NCBI GenBank assembly: GCA_030265395.1
Contig: JARFYF010000104.1
Location: 79,498,013 to 79,562,012 of the forward strand
Direction of reading: 5' to 3'
Length of the DNA stretch: 64,000 nucleotides
From: Rhina ancylostomus
Lineage: Eukaryota
Numbering within the stretch: position 1 is the first letter of the stretch; every line of letters starts with the position of its first letter. Position numbers and translations under genes: made by a program. A model generated the notes under the pieces. It searched no databases and was not told where the DNA came from. It worked only from the letters and a program-made list of their open reading frames with translations. This document shows positions 26,646 to 38,640 of the stretch, piece by piece.

Positions 26646-28870
26646 TCTTGTGACATAGGTAAATCCTCAATGTACGATTCTTGAAATGATGCTCAATTAA
26701 CATTGCTTTCTGTGTGTTTTTTTTGTACAATAGTCAAGACTGTTCTTCAGTACTTGTATGACTCTGAGAATACCTGTAATCAATTTTGTAGCTCTAGGCC
26801 AGCATGTCACAAGGCAAAGATCCACGTGTTATTCTCATCTTCCATAAGCCTTGACCTTTGCTCTGGCTTGAAGGAAATGATTGCAAATAAGCTAGAAATG
26901 CATGTAAGCATTGTAATTGCAGGCCAGCAGGAGTAGGTCAAGACCCAGCACTACATTCTCAGTGCTGCAAGAGTTGGCATGACTGATTTTGAGCTGAAGT
27001 ATAGCCAAGAGAAGTCAGTGATCTGTGAGCAAAGTGCATTTTCAACAATATAAGTACTTGAAATTTTTTGACCTCAAAGGTTATGTTTAGAGCCTTTTTT
27101 TCAATGAATTATTATGGATGGTTCCTCAATAGCCTGTCAAACTTGGGTGAACTGTGGGGGAGGGGCAAGAATTAACAGTAGCTTTCACTTTGAGTCAGGT
27201 GTAGGTCTTGCACAGATATTCAAAACCTCAGGGATTCCACTGAACTTTGTAGGAATTTGCACTTTGCTGGATTCACTCTGATTCTGCATTGCAGCAATCT
27301 GAATGTGGCCTTCTCCTGGGTACCAAATACTCTGTTACTTCAGCTGCAGAAACCAGGATATCATTTCATGAAGCAAACAACATGATCCAGTCACTGCAAA
27401 GTCTGGCCCGTGGTATGCTGGATAATCACTGGTTCCGTTGAACCTTCATCATCCAGGCAATGATATCTGTACATTCCCTTGTGGGCATTATGGTGAGGTT
27501 TATTTACAAATCTGGATCCAGATCCAGCTGCTGATATGTGAAGAATAAATCCAGTTTTCTGAAGCATCCTTCACCTGCCAAAGCAGAAAATAAATCTCTG
27601 CCTTGTGTAATGGATGTTTTAGCTTTCATACAATGATTTACTGAGACCTCATAGTCGCCATATAGCAATGCTGACTTTTCTTGCCTTGGCATGGCTACAA
27701 TAGAAGTTGTGTAGTCACTCTTGTCTGTGTGTGACACAATGCCATGTCTCTACAGACAATCCAATTTATTCTCGATCATTTACTTTTACTTCAATGCATA
27801 GAGCGCCCGTTGAGCCTTATGGAAGACGAGAACAACTTCTGTTTCTACGTGGGTCTTTACCTATATCTTCCCAGAGCCCTCAAAGATTAAAGCATCCCAT
27901 GGTTCATGTTATGGAATATGTTCTTTGCTTTCTTACCTGAAGATATTTTCCCAGTTCATTTTGATCTTTTCCAAAGACTTTCAGCCCAGTAATGTTGTGC
28001 TGGATGCCTTTGCTACAATACCCAAGCTCTAACTACTGCCACATGTCTCACTTGAACTTGACTCTCTCCCACAACAGGAATTCTATCCTTGTGTATGTGA
28101 CAAGAGGTCAAAATGTGAATACTGTGAAGCACACATCATAAACTTGTCCTTGTACATGTGTTTTAGCATGAGTAATACAGATGTCCCCATGTCCAGGGAC
28201 ATGCTCACTGATTTTCTTGGTAGATCTATCTGGAGGTAAATTCCATCCCCACTTCCTTGAGCGGTATAGATAGTTGATAATGCAAATTCCACTTCTTCTG
28301 GTGTGGTGGCCTCCTGTGCCATTAGCCATTTGTGATAAGCTTCCCCTTGGAGAGCACAAACAAACTGATTCAGAGGGTATCATCTAGAAATGCACCAAAA
28401 TCATAAAGCTTGTCAGGTAGTTCAATGCAATGATGCAATCAGCAAAAGCTTCCTTTCTCTTGGTGTCAATAAAGTCTGAAACCTTCTGCAATGAGAATTG
28501 ACTTGGGCTTGAAATGCTTTACCAGTGTTTCATTAAGTTCTGTGTAAGATAACTCTACCAGTGCAACCACGCTTTTGACAAATCCAAAACCTGTGGGTCC
28601 AAAGTAGTGAGGAATATAGTTGCCTTTTCTCAAATCTGAAAAATCATTTGTTACGAATCACCATTCAAAATGTTCCAGCTAAGAATTAAATCCTTCTTTC
28701 GATCCTTCAAACTGTGGCACCTGCCCAAGTGTTTGCATTTTATTGATCTGCAGTTGTTTCGAACTGTGAATGTATAATAGTAATAACAAAATATTCTAAA
28801 CACTGCACTGGATGTTTGCGATATCTAGTTCAGATAAACCCACCCCATCCCACCCCTCCCTTGTTACCAC

Positions 28871-29039
28871 TGTAAAACCCTTGGATATATTAATACAAAG
28901 AGAGTCTGAGCCACATGCTATATTCATCTTAGTGCAGCCATCTTATTTGCTTCTTCTCCAGACTGCCCCTAGTAATAAACCAGCTGTATAGCAATCTAAA
29001 GGCAGATAAACACATGGATTGCACAAGTCAATGCTCTAC
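28871..29039 (-). repeat. Candidate 5' LTR followed by a PBS-like sequence
   Basis: Bounded by TGTA...TACA and immediately followed on the minus strand by (A)GTGGTAACAAGG, a TGG-type primer-binding-like site. No partner LTR was seen. Confidence 0.45.
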
Positions 29040-31406
29040 AAATATCATCTCAAAGCATTCATGCCATTGTCTTTTTGAAATATCACCAGCACAGGATAAT
29101 TGTCATCTTTGATTGCATTAATTCATTCTGTAAATTAATTTGAGGTATTTTTGTTTGAATGAACTTTACATAAGTGCAAATATCATATGTTGAAATGAAT
29201 ATAAAACTCTTGCCTGCCTTTGAGTGTAGACTTTGCATCTTAACAAATGCTTAGTAATTTGATTTCTATGATATATTGTAAAATAAAATGAACAAATAAG
29301 TCTCCTGAGCTATAAGTTATAACCATTTTAGATGAATTTGAAAGATTGTTAATAACCCTTTGAGCGCTGGAATTGCAAGTACATACTATATGTTTGTACT
29401 AAATCCTGTCTTATCTATTCAGATGTTTGGATATGAGATGAATTTGGTTTGGGCCTAGTAAGAACTCAAACTATAACAGTACACACAGCAATTTGAAGAG
29501 TCTTGCTTTCTGATGTGCATTCCTTGCCTATTAATTCAAACCTGGAAGTAGTAAATAATATTTTAACACTTTAAACTTGGATTATTTTTAAAAGACTTTT
29601 CAATTAGGACTGTTGTGTAATAGAATTAGAGAACTCTGCCAAAGTTCTGATTGGTAGCACTGATAGAATTGACTAAACAAATACAACTATATTTTGGAAT
29701 ATTGAATTTACAATTCCTTCAGCATTCAAAATCTACACTTAATTATCAGAAAATATACTTCTAATTTGTCCCTTTATGGCATGTAGTCTATGGGCACATT
29801 AAACTCAAGTTGAACTCAATAAGCCTAGATCAATCTAAGGCATGAATGTCTTATGAGGAAAAGCATCTGGAAATTTCATGGTTTTAAAAAGGAAAACAGT
29901 TTCTCTTTAGAGTTCATCTTGCATCATCAAACTTTGTCACTTTTCAGTGTTTCCCTGTCCCCAGAGTATAAAAAGTGACGCACAGGGCTATGGCTGCATG
30001 TCATAAGTTAAACTGCTAATAAATAAGATTTGTTTTCTTTTTTAGTTTGATGCATAAAGGCACAATTGTTTATTTGGCAAAACAAACTGTTCAGTGTTAC
30101 CCATAACAAACATGGCTTTGTTTCGTCGGGTTCAGTTCAGTTGACACCTCTTCAGAGCCAGTTCATGCAAACTGAAATCAAGGGCAAAGATGTATGCATG
30201 AATACTGTGTTTAAATTGTTCTTTCAAGTGTAATCATTTCAAATGAATTAAGCTCCATATTTAGTATGGTAAGTTTGATGAGCAACTCGAGTGCAAATCA
30301 TAAATTTCACGGAAAGACTAACCTGGAATTCCTTTTCTCAGAAAGCGAATGGCAGAATGGTGTAAGTTGGCCATCAGTTTGTGGTGATTTGTATTTCTGC
30401 CTTGCTGCAATTTGCTGGCAAACTTGAGCATTAATAACACCATTGCTGGCTATCTTGTAACCTGCTGTAACTATACTGGAGCAAACGTTCTTCTTAATAG
30501 TTTTAAATTCAGTTTTTAAACTTCATTAGCAGAGTTTTAAAATCAAAGAATTACAAAACAATGCGCTTTCTTCAGTTGTCGTTATTTTTATTTGCAAACT
30601 CTAGCCTAATATTTTTTGCAGGTACAACTTGCTGTATGAGTCGGTGATTCTAAAGCCTTGTGTTAATGTTATAGATCCATAGAGCAGAACTAGCACTTAT
30701 TATACAAGGCAGGTGTGAACATATAAACATTTCAGCTGCATTTCCAAATTTATGTGGATGAACTGAAGAAACTGCACAAAATCAATGAAGTTAAGAAACA
30801 CATTCTAACAGCTATTGCTGTGAATAAAAAAGTAAACAGCAAACAACACCAAAAATACACAATACTGTTTTCAGTTTTTAAAAAAGTTACAGTATTCCGA
30901 TATAGTAATAATGAGGTTGTATTCTTATGTTCTTAAACCAACTTGAATTCAGTGATCTGAGTTATCTAGTTCAGCTTGTATGGTGTCTGGATTGTGGAAG
31001 GTTAATGTGATATATAACATACATTGTATGCAATCTGAAGGAGTATATGAAGTTCCAAAAGTTGTTCCAAATTATTATGTGGAAAGTTTGCTTCATTATA
31101 GCTTCAGAAGAATGCTTTCAAATTAATTTACTGCTGTCTGTTGAGGCTTTTAAAACATACACTCTTTGAAGGTTTTCTTTGAAATGAATTTCATTAACTA
31201 CAGTTATGCCACTGAATAGAAGTTACTGATCAATCTAAGGGAAATAATTTAATACAAGTGATTTTTTTTCTCATTGTATCACTTTATGCATTGGTGTGCA
31301 TTATTACCGATGATCTTAAAACCTGAAAAACTTATGCTACATATATGTTCACAAGGAGTTCAGAATATATTGATGTTCACATGGTTTAACAGCAGCTGCT
31401 TCTTAC

Positions 31407-31711
31407 CTCCCAGAGATGACGGCTGTTCCTGAGACCTCCCAGCTGCACCTTTTCCCTGGAGATGGTAACTCCCTGGTAAGGTCCAAGCCAGGTTCCCTGT
31501 GGGATGCGTTGTGCTGCACAGATGCCATAACCCAGACCTGGCACAGTACTGGTACACAGGCACACCTCTCGTGGCAGCTCACGCAGTCCACAGGGCACAT
31601 CGGGTGGAGCTGTGCCTGCACTGCTGCTTGTGCCCACGAGGCGACGCAGTGAGTGGAGTGGTCCATGCATTGGGCACTCGCCATTCCGATTGTCAGCACA
31701 CATGTCACAAC
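31407..31711 (-). CDS. PRDM6: PRDM6 second coding exon (PR zinc knuckle and start of PR/SET domain)
   Basis: tttcctcag|GT TGT GAC ATG completes the split Arg codon. Encodes [29 protein letters not shown]...[36 protein letters not shown]...HLWE. Ends GAG|GTAAGA, 305 nt, phase 0. Confidence 0.97.
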
Positions 31712-34700
31712 CTGAGGAAAGGAGAACAATTTGTATTGAATGACATGAGAAGGATCACAGATTATGTGAGAGCAGAACAGGCATAGATTAGGTGACCATG
31801 AGGAGGAGCTCATGGAGTAAATTGATAGCTAACGCAGAAAGATAAAGTAAGAGGCAAGAGAAGGGAAAAGGTTAGTCTAAGTTGTAAATGAAAATGCAAT
31901 TAGATTGAGTGGAAAGGATACAGACATTTTTCAATGTTAGAAAGGAGCAGGGAGGAGAGACATCTTGAATCATGTAAGAAAATTGCAACAGCAAAGGGTG
32001 AGACTTGGACCAGTAGACAATTTCAGCATTAATAACAGCATTATGTACCGTTCCTTTCACGTTAAACATTTCAACAATTGGAATAAAAATTGTTCTGGAG
32101 ACAAAACCATCTATATGAAAGGTTTCAGACTGGAACAGTTAGAAAATTAAGGCAATGGACAAAGTAAAATGGGCATCTGGAGAGTAAAGACTGAGTACAA
32201 GTGCCAATGAGGAGGGACAGGTTAGAAAGAGAGCCAGGACTGAGAACAGAGTGGAGAAGACTTGTTTGGCTTGTAAGCAAGGAATTGGAATGCGAGGGAA
32301 TAGAAGGGATCGACTAAATGGGTTGTGGGGGGCGACTGGAAACAGCAAGTAGCAAGATACTTCTCCATCTAGTACAGTAAAATATATAAGTTAAGACCTT
32401 ATTTGCTGCAAAAGCTTTACCAACACAAACATAAGGAAAAAGAAAATTGGATTTATAAAACTGCAAAATGGCGTAATTGACTATTTTGTTGTCTTTTCAT
32501 AACGCGATGACTTTTATTGTCATAAATTCGAGTTCCCCTACATAGCGCACCAATGGAAAGTAAAAGCGGATAAATACAATGGAAAGCGAAACTTCAACAC
32601 GCCGCAGTCCTCGGGGAAAAAACATTAAAAGTTGCATACACTACAGTTTTAAAAAAACGTGGATCTTTAATTGACTACTGATGCAACAATTAAGAGTTTA
32701 ACATTTGAATTTAAACTTTATTTTTGTCCTTTTGGTTGATAAACTGCGAGGTACTTGTCTCTATATAATTTATGTAGCAAATGTTTAGACTGAGGTGTAT
32801 TAATTTGCTTATTTCCCGCCCGCCCTTTCATTGCAAAGTAAGTTCTGAATTACTGAACTGTTCATAGATAATGGCAATGTCCCAACTTACCCTAAGTGTT
32901 CGTGCCTAGGTGTTTCCCCTAATAACTCTATACATCAACGTCATGTTACCACTCCCTCTGCGAATTATTTGCATTTTGTGTTCTACCCCTGTTTAACACT
33001 TCCCCATTTATTATATTTCACGGCACTTTAAGTATCCCTCTTGAGTTTTTTTAATACAATTGAAGCTGGCAGCCTAGGGTAGGCCAACGCGTCCCAACTG
33101 GGTTTTATATATGGTTTATTTATGTTACCCGAGTCACCTCTGCATCTTTCGCTCGGTCTTAAAACTTGGGAATAAGCACAATACAATCAGTAAATGCCAC
33201 CGGCTGCCGCGATGTCTCGGAGGTGGGCAGCTTAATCCAGACAATTATTAAATAGTAAGAATATTGCATTACTGTAATAAACGTGCCAGTAAAAGAACAG
33301 CATAGTTAATTCAACAACAGGTTCGGGCGAAGAAAGAGAATGTAAAATGAATGAGAAATCATTCAGGAAATCCTATTGCCTGGTATTGTGCCTCAGGAAC
33401 ACTATTAATCGCATTACTTTTGTAAATAAATGTTATTGCTTGCCGCTCAATGTAATTGGCTTTCAAAAATAGTACATAATCGAGAAATGGCCACATTCTT
33501 CCAAATGCAACTGTGCGTCTTGCATTGGAAATTGAACCCATTCCACACAGTTGGAACTATTACAACCGATCAGTCATGGTTCTCGGTGGGAATATTTGTA
33601 ACCAGCAAACACGCAAAATATATTCTTCAGACACGACATGTGGCGATCCCTTATATAAATAGTAGTTTTATATATAGATAACATGCTTGGAGTTAAGAAA
33701 TGCAAGATGATTCAAAAGACAAATCAAATACTGTGGGGTGCTAGTCTTAAAGGATGCCATCCCTTACAATTAATGCGGTCAGTGTCCTAACAATCCTAAC
33801 CCGCGCTGCAACAAAACTTGCCTCTGAAGATTTGTTGCTCCGAAGGCAGACTGCCTACTGGAAGGAAATTCATTGGATTGATTGTGTCTGATTCTATGAA
33901 TGGGGGAAGGAGATCGGGGATTGGAACTAACCGAAGTTCGCAACAGCCCTGAATTCTTGCTTTCAAAATGTTCTTTTCGAGGACGGAAGCCCTTTCCCAA
34001 ACCGCTTGGTCCATTCACGTTAAACAATGGCGGCCAGATTTTCCCTTCTCAACTTAATTCAAAGTTTACAACAGCCGAGCTACTTTCAGTTTATTTCACG
34101 CTACTCGGTCAAACTATGGGTTTGAGTTAACTTGCTTCTGAGAATATTATAAGTGCAAATCAAATTTCCCTGTTGAAATTTATGGTTGACTTTCCATAAC
34201 GGAAGTCTAGATATTGTAATGTTTCAATACCAAAGAGTTCTTAATCTTACATTTATTTCAGCAACTAAGATATTTTATGATATTTCTGGCATTTTTATTT
34301 ACAAAGGGGAGAGGAAATAAGCAGTTAATACCGGACTGGTTTAATTTCTTATGTTCGGTTTAATGGGTGTGCACATTTTCATCGTACAGTGAGTGATTAC
34401 ACTACATCCAAAAGTACACACACACACACAATACACCCTCAAATCCCATCTTTGATGTTGAAAGTTAAACAGGCCTTCACACAATCTCTCCGTTTTGATG
34501 CATTCCTTGAATAGCGTTTGATACCATGACGGTTCGAGAAGACCAAGCACCTCTGTACAGCTGAATTTTCCGAAAACTTTGCTGATAATTATTCTNNNNN
34601 NNNNNTTTTGGTTTCTTTGTCAAAATGTTATAATAGACTGACTGGTTGGAGATAGCAGGCTTTTCTATTATCTGCTATTCAGGAAATCAATTATACATTC

Positions 34701-37279
34701 CAACTGAACTCAATTCCACGATTGCACGTCGTTGTATAAACTTCTTGTTCAACTTTTTTAAAAGAATCTCTATTTTTTTCACTCAATACCTGGACAAACG
34801 GTTATCTGGGAATTATCTGAGCTACTCGTAGAAATTGTCCTTACGCCGATGGACTGAGAGCCTTACATTGAACAAATCGTTTATCGTTACTATCAGCTTG
34901 CTTTCTGAAACATTCCCAATACCAATTTTAAGTTCATAAATAATATCAAGACCAGTTCCTATTGTACTTTACGTTTAATCATTGGTTGCTGTTATCGGCA
35001 TCCACTATTTAACTTTCAGTGCACATTAAATTGAAGTAATTGAATAGCCGTATCAAGTACTCTTGCCCATTTTAAATTGTCTGCTGCATATATCGCACAT
35101 ACGTTATGGTTTATGGGAAATGCCAAGAAAAAATATCCAGAACAAAACGCGCATACCATAAAATATTCTGCCTCTATAACATAAACATCTTTGAATTAAT
35201 CAATACTAGAGACATATTCAATTGCATACTAATTTTGTTTTGTTGTGAAAGGAGAGCATTATTATGACAGAAATGTGAATTTGCAACCTCTCCGCGCTTA
35301 TTTCTACGCACACGGTGCAAATATATATCTAGCTTACAGATTCTAAATTATTCGTTGTTTGACAAGTGTTCAACATGATATAAATATATCAGTTTGGAAT
35401 AGTTCCATAAGTTATCTCACGCCGTGGTCAACAATCATTTACAAACATGTGCATAAAATATTCGCAGGAATTGCAACACAACTAAAGGTTGTGATGTGAG
35501 TCTAACTCCCTCGCTTGGCTCTGCCTCGCTGTTATTTTTTTCACCGACACTCGGAGTGTTCCTTGATATAAAAATGAAGACTGGGGCTGGATGGCGCCGT
35601 TGGGCAGCTGATTGGATTTTGCCAAGCTGACGGAGTTTGGGGGAAGACAGATAGGATTTTTAGATAAAACTGCGGCTGGTCCCTAAGAGACCCAAACAAT
35701 ACCGAGATGATGAATAGCATCTCTGAGGCGATCGATCGGTGCCCTGATATAGTCGATTCGGCCAGCTTTCTCCAGAAAACTAGTGGCAATTAATTGTGTC
35801 TTGTCCGCTCATCGCTCATCTTTGTCTGGCAGTTATCGATGGAGATTAGTGCTGATGGACCATTTTATCACGTTAAATAAACATTCACCACCTTTCAACC
35901 AAAGGAAATATGGATAATAAAGCTATAGTTAGAAGTGCTAGTCACCCTTCAACTGACGGTTTAGATTATGGAGAATATGTGCTAATTTGACATATTTGAT
36001 CTTTTGGGATACTTTATTCTGAGATTTTAAAAGAATATGGGATCGGAAAGTTGGGTGACGTTTATCAGTTAATTCTCTCCAGAATCTATCTCAGTCTTGC
36101 AGTGAAATCTTTCACTGATTTCTGTTTATCTCAGCATCTGTAAAGACCTTGCCCATTCATCCAAACCGCTCTATATATGAAATGAGTTATCTCAGCTTAG
36201 CTGTTGAAAAAAATATCGATCAAACAAAAAAGTATCTATGGATTCGAGAAAACAAATGTTTGTCCTGAGCCTGTCGATGATAGAATTATACTTCTGAAGC
36301 ACGTACCTATCAACTTTTTTAAATGTTTACCTGTTTGAACTAAAAAGTTACAGCACCATCAGTGGGTGTCTTTCGTGCCTTTACCTTATGTCATTCAGGA
36401 CACTAGTAAAATCACGCTCAGGACTGCAGCAGGTAGTGTTTTTGAAATGCATATTTTAACCATCACCGTAATTGTGATACTGATTAGGGAGAGCTAAAAA
36501 GTGTGTGTTCATCCTCTCACTGACCTTTGGCTCTCACATCAATCGCACCAAATTGAGTCATATTCCACACAAAGTTTTGCAGTACTCTATTAGGTATTTT
36601 CAATCGTCTAAATGTATCTCTATCTTTGTACAGTTCTCTAGCCATTATCCTAAAGTCTGATTGCCGATAAAAACACATTGCTGCCAGCTTGACTAGAAAT
36701 GCTTTCAAAGTTGACTGGTGATAGTATTGCTCGCTGCGCCAATTTCTAGGGAAATTTGTGTGCAGTGGTATCAAAGCAAAGGGTGCAATAGCTACGGATT
36801 GAGACAGTTCTCTGACACAACTTCTGTTGCTTCGGAGTTCTTTTCTATTGACTCCGACAAGGGAAAGGTTTGACTGTACCTTTGCAGAGCAAAGTGAATC
36901 TCGCCAGTTCGAGTATCAAACACTGTCGTGCTTCGTCCTTCAAAGTAATGGACTCGTGCAACATGTTTTGCCATTTTACTTCAACCCAGTCGTCTTTGAT
37001 GCGGGGGTGGGGGTGCAAGCTTAATGTGCAAAACTTGTTTACATCTGCAAAGGAGCCGAATATATCAGAGACAGTGATCTCACTTGTGAGCATTATTATC
37101 TAATAAGGGAACGCACGATGGAGAGCATTCTGCTTGGGGTCATCATATTTTAGCCACACAATATAGTTTGTCTACATTGCGATTTGAAATGTTTCCTGCA
37201 TTAAAGTTATGTTGGAGGAAACGTTACATATAGCGACAATGCACATGCAAAGTGTTGGACGAGGAAATGATTCACTCAC

Positions 37280-37760
37280 GGTTATTGGGGTCGGTTCCAT
37301 GGTTATTAAGAGGGATGATCTCCATTCTCTGCTGTCCGTACAAATAATAGTCCAGATCCTCTGTAGTGAAGGAGAATCTCGGCGTCCTCTCTGTCTCGGG
37401 TGAACACAGCTCTTTGCTCGGATTGCCGTTGAGCGCCAGGGGTGGATCGGAACCCGCGAGCTGCCCTAACACGGAGATCTGCGGCACAGAAACTGGGGTC
37501 AGGCCGGACAGGGACAGGGAACACGCCGAAGAAGAGGCCGAGGAGACGGTGGAAGACGCCGAAGAGGTGAGAGGTCCCGAGTGGTGGCGGAGGCTCTCGC
37601 TCGCCGGGCCAGCTCTGTCGAGCGGCTGCAGCTGGTTGGGGATCACTGTCAATGAGCCGACTTTCAGCTGGGTCTGGGGGAAGAGCTGCTTCCAATGTTG
37701 GATATAGGCGGGATCGACCTTCAGGAAAGCAGATCCACCGGGCTCGCTGGGTTTCATCAT
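37280..37760 (-). CDS. PRDM6: PR domain zinc finger protein 6, first coding exon
   Basis: Translation [28 protein letters not shown]...[27 protein letters not shown] matches the PRDM6 N-terminus ([28 protein letters not shown]...[27 protein letters not shown]). Ends at C|GTGAGT donor, 481 nt, phase 1. AG acceptor candidates lie just upstream of the ATG. Confidence 0.96.
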
Positions 37761-38436
37761 CTCTAAAGATTTCCAACTTTAATAATTAAAGAAAAAAATA
37801 ATTAGCTAATGACAAAGTAATGGTGCATTAAAAATAGTCTCCGTCAAGTTATTCAAAGTTAAGCTTTTAATCGTGTATAGTCACTTCTTGGACTTCATGC
37901 GCAATATCCAAAACAAAACGTTTATTATAACCATATCTAACACTGACATCTCATCTCAGTGTAAAAATACGTTTTAACTGAAGCAACAATGCACTGAGAA
38001 CTGTACTGTACGCAGGTACGCAACCTGGGTAAACTGCGCTCAGTCTGAACATGGTATGTTCTGTAATTGACCACAATTAAAATGAGAGACTACATAATTA
38101 CAACGCTTTTTTCCCCCAATTCTGGAACACACGGTCGCACATAAATACCCAGAAAAAAAATTAAAGTTTAGAAATGTGCAGTGTTACCCCCACCAATAGG
38201 ACATCTGGGTCTCTTCTGCCTCCAAATGGACATCCGAATCGTTTTAATGTTGCCAATACCGCGCAAACGTAATATGGCACCAATTATCTGTTTTCACCAG
38301 ATCCTTCAAAGAAGTACATCCATAATGTAATAACTTGAAGAGAACTTGCAGAACTCCTCGATCAGCTGCCAACTTGGAGCTGACGTCTGCCTGAGCAATT
38401 ACAGTACCAAATAAACGTAGTTTAGACGCTACTTAC

Positions 38437-38640
38437 CCACGATGTTATTTCACTCAGACTGCAGATTTTAAGAAAATTGACCTCTTGATGTCTTTATATT
38501 TGTCTATTCATTTGTCCGAAAAGCATGTTTCTAGTGTGCGAGGTCGGCGTGTGTTAAATCCGAGCCACAGGATCCTGTTCATCTACGAGGTTCCTAGAAC
38601 GTTTACAAGCAGGTTTGGAGCTGGACACGTGGTTTTTACN
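38437..38640 (-). other. PRDM6: Putative non-coding first exon of PRDM6
   Basis: Consensus donor GG|GTAAGT (plus strand acttacc at 38431-38437) about 670 nt upstream of the first coding exon, with a G-rich GC-box-like stretch at 38660-38692. The 5' boundary is a guess. Confidence 0.4.

Larger units (their letters stand above)
25300..29039 (-). mobile_element. Decayed Ty3/Gypsy LTR retrotransposon (gag-PR-RT-IN)
   Basis: Minus strand reads gag start MQTLGQVPQFEGSKEGF (~28736), protease-like MSLDMGTSV (~28200), RT LYGDYEVSVN and DLFSALAG..F.KLDL (27540-27670), integrase HPAAN..AQRA (~25840). Many stops. Confidence 0.75.

Noticed and set aside
1-31400. Next PRDM6 exon (IYD..G..QHFIDG...SWMRYI)
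   Set aside because: I scanned minus-strand TGG-ATG sites by eye and none continued as RYI. The exon probably lies left of the window, though a tBLASTn should confirm this.
37306-37776. Overlapping alternative-frame and antisense ORFs (156 aa minus, 113 aa plus) on the PRDM6 exon
   Set aside because: Expected shadow ORFs in a GC-rich coding exon, with no recognisable protein.
38620-38640. Peptide GAGHVVF resembling cyclophilin DGKHVVF (a displaced PPIC exon 4?)
   Set aside because: Only four residues match, the upstream SMANAG/NGSQFF motifs are absent, and the position is wrong.
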